Assembly: GCA_963779225.1 (NCBI GenBank)
Contig: CAVZWW010000003.1
Location: 3,445,504 to 3,509,503 of the forward strand
Source: an uncultured Bacteroidota bacterium
GTDB taxonomy: Bacteria > Bacteroidota > Ignavibacteria > UBA10030 > UBA6906
Reading direction: 5' to 3'
DNA: 64,000 nt
Part shown: positions 60,107-64,000 of the stretch, piece by piece
How positions within the stretch are numbered: the first letter of the stretch is position 1
How the letters are laid out: each line of letters starts with the position of its first letter
Translations under genes and position numbers: made by a program
The notes under the pieces: generated by a model
Told to the model about the DNA's origin: nothing
What the model saw: only the letters and a program-made list of their open reading frames with translations
The model's database searches: none

Positions 60107-61149
60107 GATGCCGCCTTGTCGTTGTCCCTCACAGCCTCGCCAATCCGGATCTGATCGTGCAGGAAGTAGTACAGCCCGATCAACGTCACGCCGATGAATC
60201 CGACCGCATGGGTAACCGTTGCATAACTCAGTGCGGTTGTCGCGTCAACAGCAAACAACCGGGTGAGGCTCTGAGACGTAAAAGCATGGTACGTTCCGGT
60301 CCCTCCCGGTGTGGGAAGGGCCACTCCAATGCTCGATATGGCGAGTACCACCAGCGCCCCGCTGAAGCCAACCTGATCCTGAAGGCCGAATGCGAAAAAG
60401 GCTGCATACGTCATCAGGACATATAGTCCCCAGATGAACACGCTGAGGACAAAAATGATGACGAAGCGCCCGGGGTGTTTTAGGAAAAGGAAACCGTCCA
60501 GGAATGCATGGACCCACCCATCAAGCTTGGCATCGATCCGTGCCGGCAGAACCTTTCGGAAGATTCCCAGGGCTTTGTCCGTCCAGTCGCGCCGCATCAT
60601 CAGCATGATCAGGAATCCCAGCACAACCGCCGTGGCCGCGCTAATGATGAGTCCGGCCTCCTCGAGCCACGGAAAAGATTCCTTGAGCGGCCCCTGGTAT
60701 ACGAGAGGGATCAGCACCACAAGCACCAGAAATGATACCGTATCGATGATGCGTTCGACGACGATCGTACCGAATGCCGCGCTCTTGGGGATATCCTCAG
60801 CCTTTGCCAGAGCGTACGGGCGGGCGATCTCTCCCGCACGCGGGATGATGTTGTTCATCATATAGCCCACCATCACACCCGAAAACAAATTGCGCATCGA
60901 GATTCCCACCTTCACGGGCTCGAGCATATACCGCCACCTCCACGCGCGAAGGTAGTGGCTCAACATCAGGCAGGAGAAATACGGGATCATCCACCAGTAG
61001 TTGGCTTCTCGTATGGAAACAAGGAGCTTGTGGAAGTCGGTGCCGCGAAATGCCAGGTAGAGAAAAAGCACCGTGATGACGGCGCTTATGCCGTACCGTA
61101 TCAGGGGACGGGTCCAGGTGCGGGCCGGTGTGGATGGTGTGGCGGTCAA
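60103..61149 (-). CDS. Lysylphosphatidylglycerol synthase TM / flippase-like (UPF0104) membrane protein
   Basis: LRAWRWRYML, NNIIPRAGEIAR, VVERIID and PTPGGTGTYH. Confidence 0.88.
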   Translation of the reverse strand: MTATPSTPARTWTRPLIRYGISAVITVLFLYLAFRGTDFHKLLVSIREANYWWMIPYFSCLMLSHYLRAWRWRYMLEPVKVGISMRNLFSGVMVGYMMNNIIPRAGEIARPYALAKAEDIPKSAAFGTIVVERIIDTVSFLVLVVLIPLVYQGPLKESFPWLEEAGLIISAATAVVLGFLIMLMMRRDWTDKALGIFRKVLPARIDAKLDGWVHAFLDGFLFLKHPGRFVIIFVLSVFIWGLYVLMTYAAFFAFGLQDQVGFSGALVVLAISSIGVALPTPGGTGTYHAFTSQSLTRLFAVDATTALSYATVTHAVGFIGVTLIGLYYFLHDQIRIGEAVRDNDKAAS

Positions 61150-61157
61150 TGGATTTC

Positions 61158-61796
61158 CTATCGAAGGTCGACGACTTCGACGCCGTCCGGAGGCTGAAAA
61201 CTGAAGCGGGTATCGGGAACGCCCGTGTTGGTCTTGATGGAGTTGACGATGTACGTTGTCTCCTTGCCGTGGAGATCCACAATTTCCACTTTGCGGGTCA
61301 ACCAGTCGCTTTCGTTCACCCAGAGTTTCATGGATTTGATGGCCATGGAGGGGTTCTGGGGAACCATTTTCAGGACGGTGGCATCCGCGCGGCCGATCTT
61401 TTCATGTCCCACAATGGAAGGGGAAAAATCCTCCGGCGCCGCGGTCAGGATGCGCTCGGGAGAGATGGAGCGCTCGTTCATTTTGAACCGGTCAATCAGC
61501 ACCTGATTGTTGGACACGGAATAGGACCAGACCGTCTCGCCATCCGTCACGACGGTTTGCCCTTCGAATTCAACCCGGTACTTGTTTTCCTTTTTGAAGA
61601 AGAGTGTACCGGACACTTCCTGTTCGATGCGTGCAAGGGAGAACTTCACCTTCTGCGTGAACCGCACCTCGGCATCTTCGATACGGTCATACGACTTCCG
61701 GACGTGTTCAAGCACGTCCTCTGCGCTGTCGGCGGCCGACAGTCTGCCCGCGGCAAGCACCACCGCGAACATGACAGGCACAAACCGGACCTTCAT
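61158..61796 (-). CDS. lolA: Outer-membrane lipoprotein carrier LolA-like protein
   Basis: RFTQ, GTLFFKKENKYR, VVTDGETVWSY and FSFQPPDGVEVVDLR; follows ftsK. Confidence 0.85.
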   Translation of the reverse strand: MKVRFVPVMFAVVLAAGRLSAADSAEDVLEHVRKSYDRIEDAEVRFTQKVKFSLARIEQEVSGTLFFKKENKYRVEFEGQTVVTDGETVWSYSVSNNQVLIDRFKMNERSISPERILTAAPEDFSPSIVGHEKIGRADATVLKMVPQNPSMAIKSMKLWVNESDWLTRKVEIVDLHGKETTYIVNSIKTNTGVPDTRFSFQPPDGVEVVDLR

Positions 61797-61996
61797 GCGG
61801 CACCTCTTCGTTTGCGTTTGCTGCACTCCTCAGCCTTCGAGGAGCTTGATGACGCAATCAACACCCTGCCAATCACCGGGGTCTCGCGCATACGGCCGGC
61901 GGATTCCCTGCAGCCTCCGTCGGGTGACTCTTTTCAGCAAGGCCATCAACGGTTGCAGCCTACCTGCCCCACATCCAAGGATGTACGGTCACGTTT

Positions 61997-64000
61997 CTAC
62001 AGGTAAGCATTAAGCTCTTCTTCCGATCCCACCAGCACTTCGCGGGCCTTGCTGCCGTCCGCCGGGCCGACGATACCCGAGGCTTCAAGTTCGTCCACCA
62101 GCCGCGCCGCGCGTGAGTACCCCACCTTCAACCTCCGCTGCAGCAGGGATACCGATCCCTGCTGATAGCGCACGATAACACGTGCTGCATCTTCGAACAG
62201 TTCGTCCCGATCATCCCCTCCCCCGCCTTCTCCGGAACGTTTCTTCTCGACCACCGAGGGCATCTTGAACGGTTGTGCATAACCCTGCTGGGCGGAGATA
62301 TGTTCCATCAGGGCATCAATTTCGTCGGGAGAGATGTACGCGTTCTGCAGGCGCATAGGTTTCGGACTCCCGCTCGCAAGGTAGAGCATATCGCCGTTGC
62401 CCAGGAGTTGTTCTGCGCCGTTGGCATCCAGAATCGTGCGTGAATCGGTCTTTGAAGCCACCTGATAGGCAATGCGCGCCGGAAAGTTCGCTTTGATGAC
62501 GCCTGTGATAACGTCCACGGACGGCCGTTGTGTCGCCACGATAAGATGCATCCCCACCGCCCGTGCCATTTGTGCCAGGCGTGCGATCGGCTCTTCCACC
62601 TCGCGCGCCGCGGTGATCATCAGGTCGGCCAGCTCGTCAATGATCACCACGAGGAACGGCATCGTCGCGTGCGTGACCTCCTCGGTATTCTTGAGCTTGC
62701 CCGCGGCGAGCCTCTCGTTGTACTCCTGAATATTTCTGACACCCGCTTTGGAAAGGAGATTGTACCGCCGTTCCATTTCCAGCTCGGCACCCTTCAGCGC
62801 CAGCACGGCATTGCCGGGGGTCGTCACGATTTCTTCGTTGATATCAGGAGACACCGCCAGGAAGTGACTCTTGAGCTTCGCATACTGCGAAAGTTCAATC
62901 TTCTTCGGGTCGATGATCAACAGCTTCAACATCGACGGGTGCATATGGTAAAGCAGGCTCGCCAGCATGGTGTTGATCCCGACGCTCTTGCCCGAACCGG
63001 TCGAGCCTGCCATCAAGACGTGCGGCATCCGGGAGAGGTCGTCCACAAACACCTCGCCGGCGATCGTCTTGCCCATCGCGAGCGGGAGATTTGCCTTTGC
63101 ATCGCGGAACACGCTGGAATTGAGGACGCTCCGGATCGTAACCAGCGAAGCGTGGGCATTCGGGAATTTCAACGCCGACCGCGGATTTGCCCGGAATCGG
63201 CGCCATGATCCGGATCCCCTTTGCCGCAAGTTTCAGGGCAATATCGTTTTCGAGACTTACGATGCTGCTGATCTTTACGCCGGTCGCGGGCACCAGTTCG
63301 TACAGTGTCACCACCGGGCCGGGCGTAACGCTCACGCTTTCCAGTTCGACGTCGAACTGCAGAAGGGTTTCGCGCAGCAATTCCGCGTTGGCCTGAAGTT
63401 CCGCCTCGTCGATTTTCTCCTTTCCCGGTTTCGGTGCCGAGAGCAAATCGATGGACGGGAATACATAGTCGATCTCTTCCACGGCCGACCCTGCCGCTTT
63501 CACTGCCGGTTCCGTCCCGGGGGTCTCTCCGGAACCCCCTGCATCGTCCTCCGCGTCGTCTTTCGCCGTGCCGAAGTTCAGCACAAGGGGCTTGGAGCCG
63601 GCTATTTCATTTACCGGAGGAGCAACGGGTTCTTCACTCTCCGCCCGCGTGATTCGCACCGGCGCTTTTGCCTGCCGGACAGGAGTTATAGGTTGAACAC
63701 CCCTCAGATCTCCGCGATCTCCAGCGTCTTCCGCTTTGCCCTCTGCAGCAGCCTCGGCAGCCAGTTCCGCTTCGGCCCTGCGCCGCTCGCGGGCTTCCTG
63801 CCAGGCATCCCGTCTCCGTCCTGCCCAATCCAGTAACTTCAGCCAGCCGCTCCGCAGCCGCTCGACCATCTGATGCACGTCCAGGTCCGCTCCCACCATG
63901 GCGGCAACGAACATGCCGCACACCAGGATTACCGAACCTCCCGCGCGGCCAAGCAGTTGCGCAAGAACATTCGAGGTAAACTCACCGATCATTCCGCTCC
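61997..64000 (-). CDS. ftsK: DNA translocase FtsK (5' part outside the window; one +1 frameshift at ~63163)
   Basis: PGPVVTLYE, PGKSAVGVEIP, PHVLMAGSTGSGKS, IIDELADLM, HLIVATQRPSVDV and gamma domain SVSLLQRRLKVGYSRAAR. Confidence 0.96.

Overview
This is a chromosomal window from a fairly GC-rich bacterium of the Bacteroidota/Chlorobi/Ignavibacteria (FCB) group. An Ignavibacteria-like lineage is inferred: six proteins end in [17 protein letters not shown] T9SS sorting domains, while the promoters are canonical TTGACA-N17-TAnnnT. The right half is mostly housekeeping: purU, aconitase, clpS-alaS, gmhA, a WcaJ-type transferase, a TPR/OM-barrel/SPOR/exbB/exbD/tonB operon, glnB-porin-amt, holA, a cyclophilin, lolA and ftsK. 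The left half is accessory: secreted peptidases, hydrolases and gene relics. The most notable observations are: (1) a tandem pair of T9SS modules at 4.9-9.3 kb that share a ~310-bp promoter/structured leader and a ~420-bp sorting-domain/terminator tail but carry unrelated cargo domains; (2) an NYN RNase gene behind a promoter, short structured RNA and terminator, the layout of type III toxin-antitoxin loci; (3) an aconitase fused to a ~100-aa histone-H1-like basic tail; (4) a dispersed TGAGnCWCA mosaic repeat family; (5) tandem degenerate copies of the alaS 3' end. Nine single-base insertions break alaS (3), ftsK, the SPOR gene (2), the S9 peptidase (2) and one T9SS gene. Most fall in short homopolymers, so they are probably sequencing errors. 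No rRNA, tRNA, CRISPR array or intact transposase/integrase was recognised. All calls come from motif reading by eye; no database search was run.
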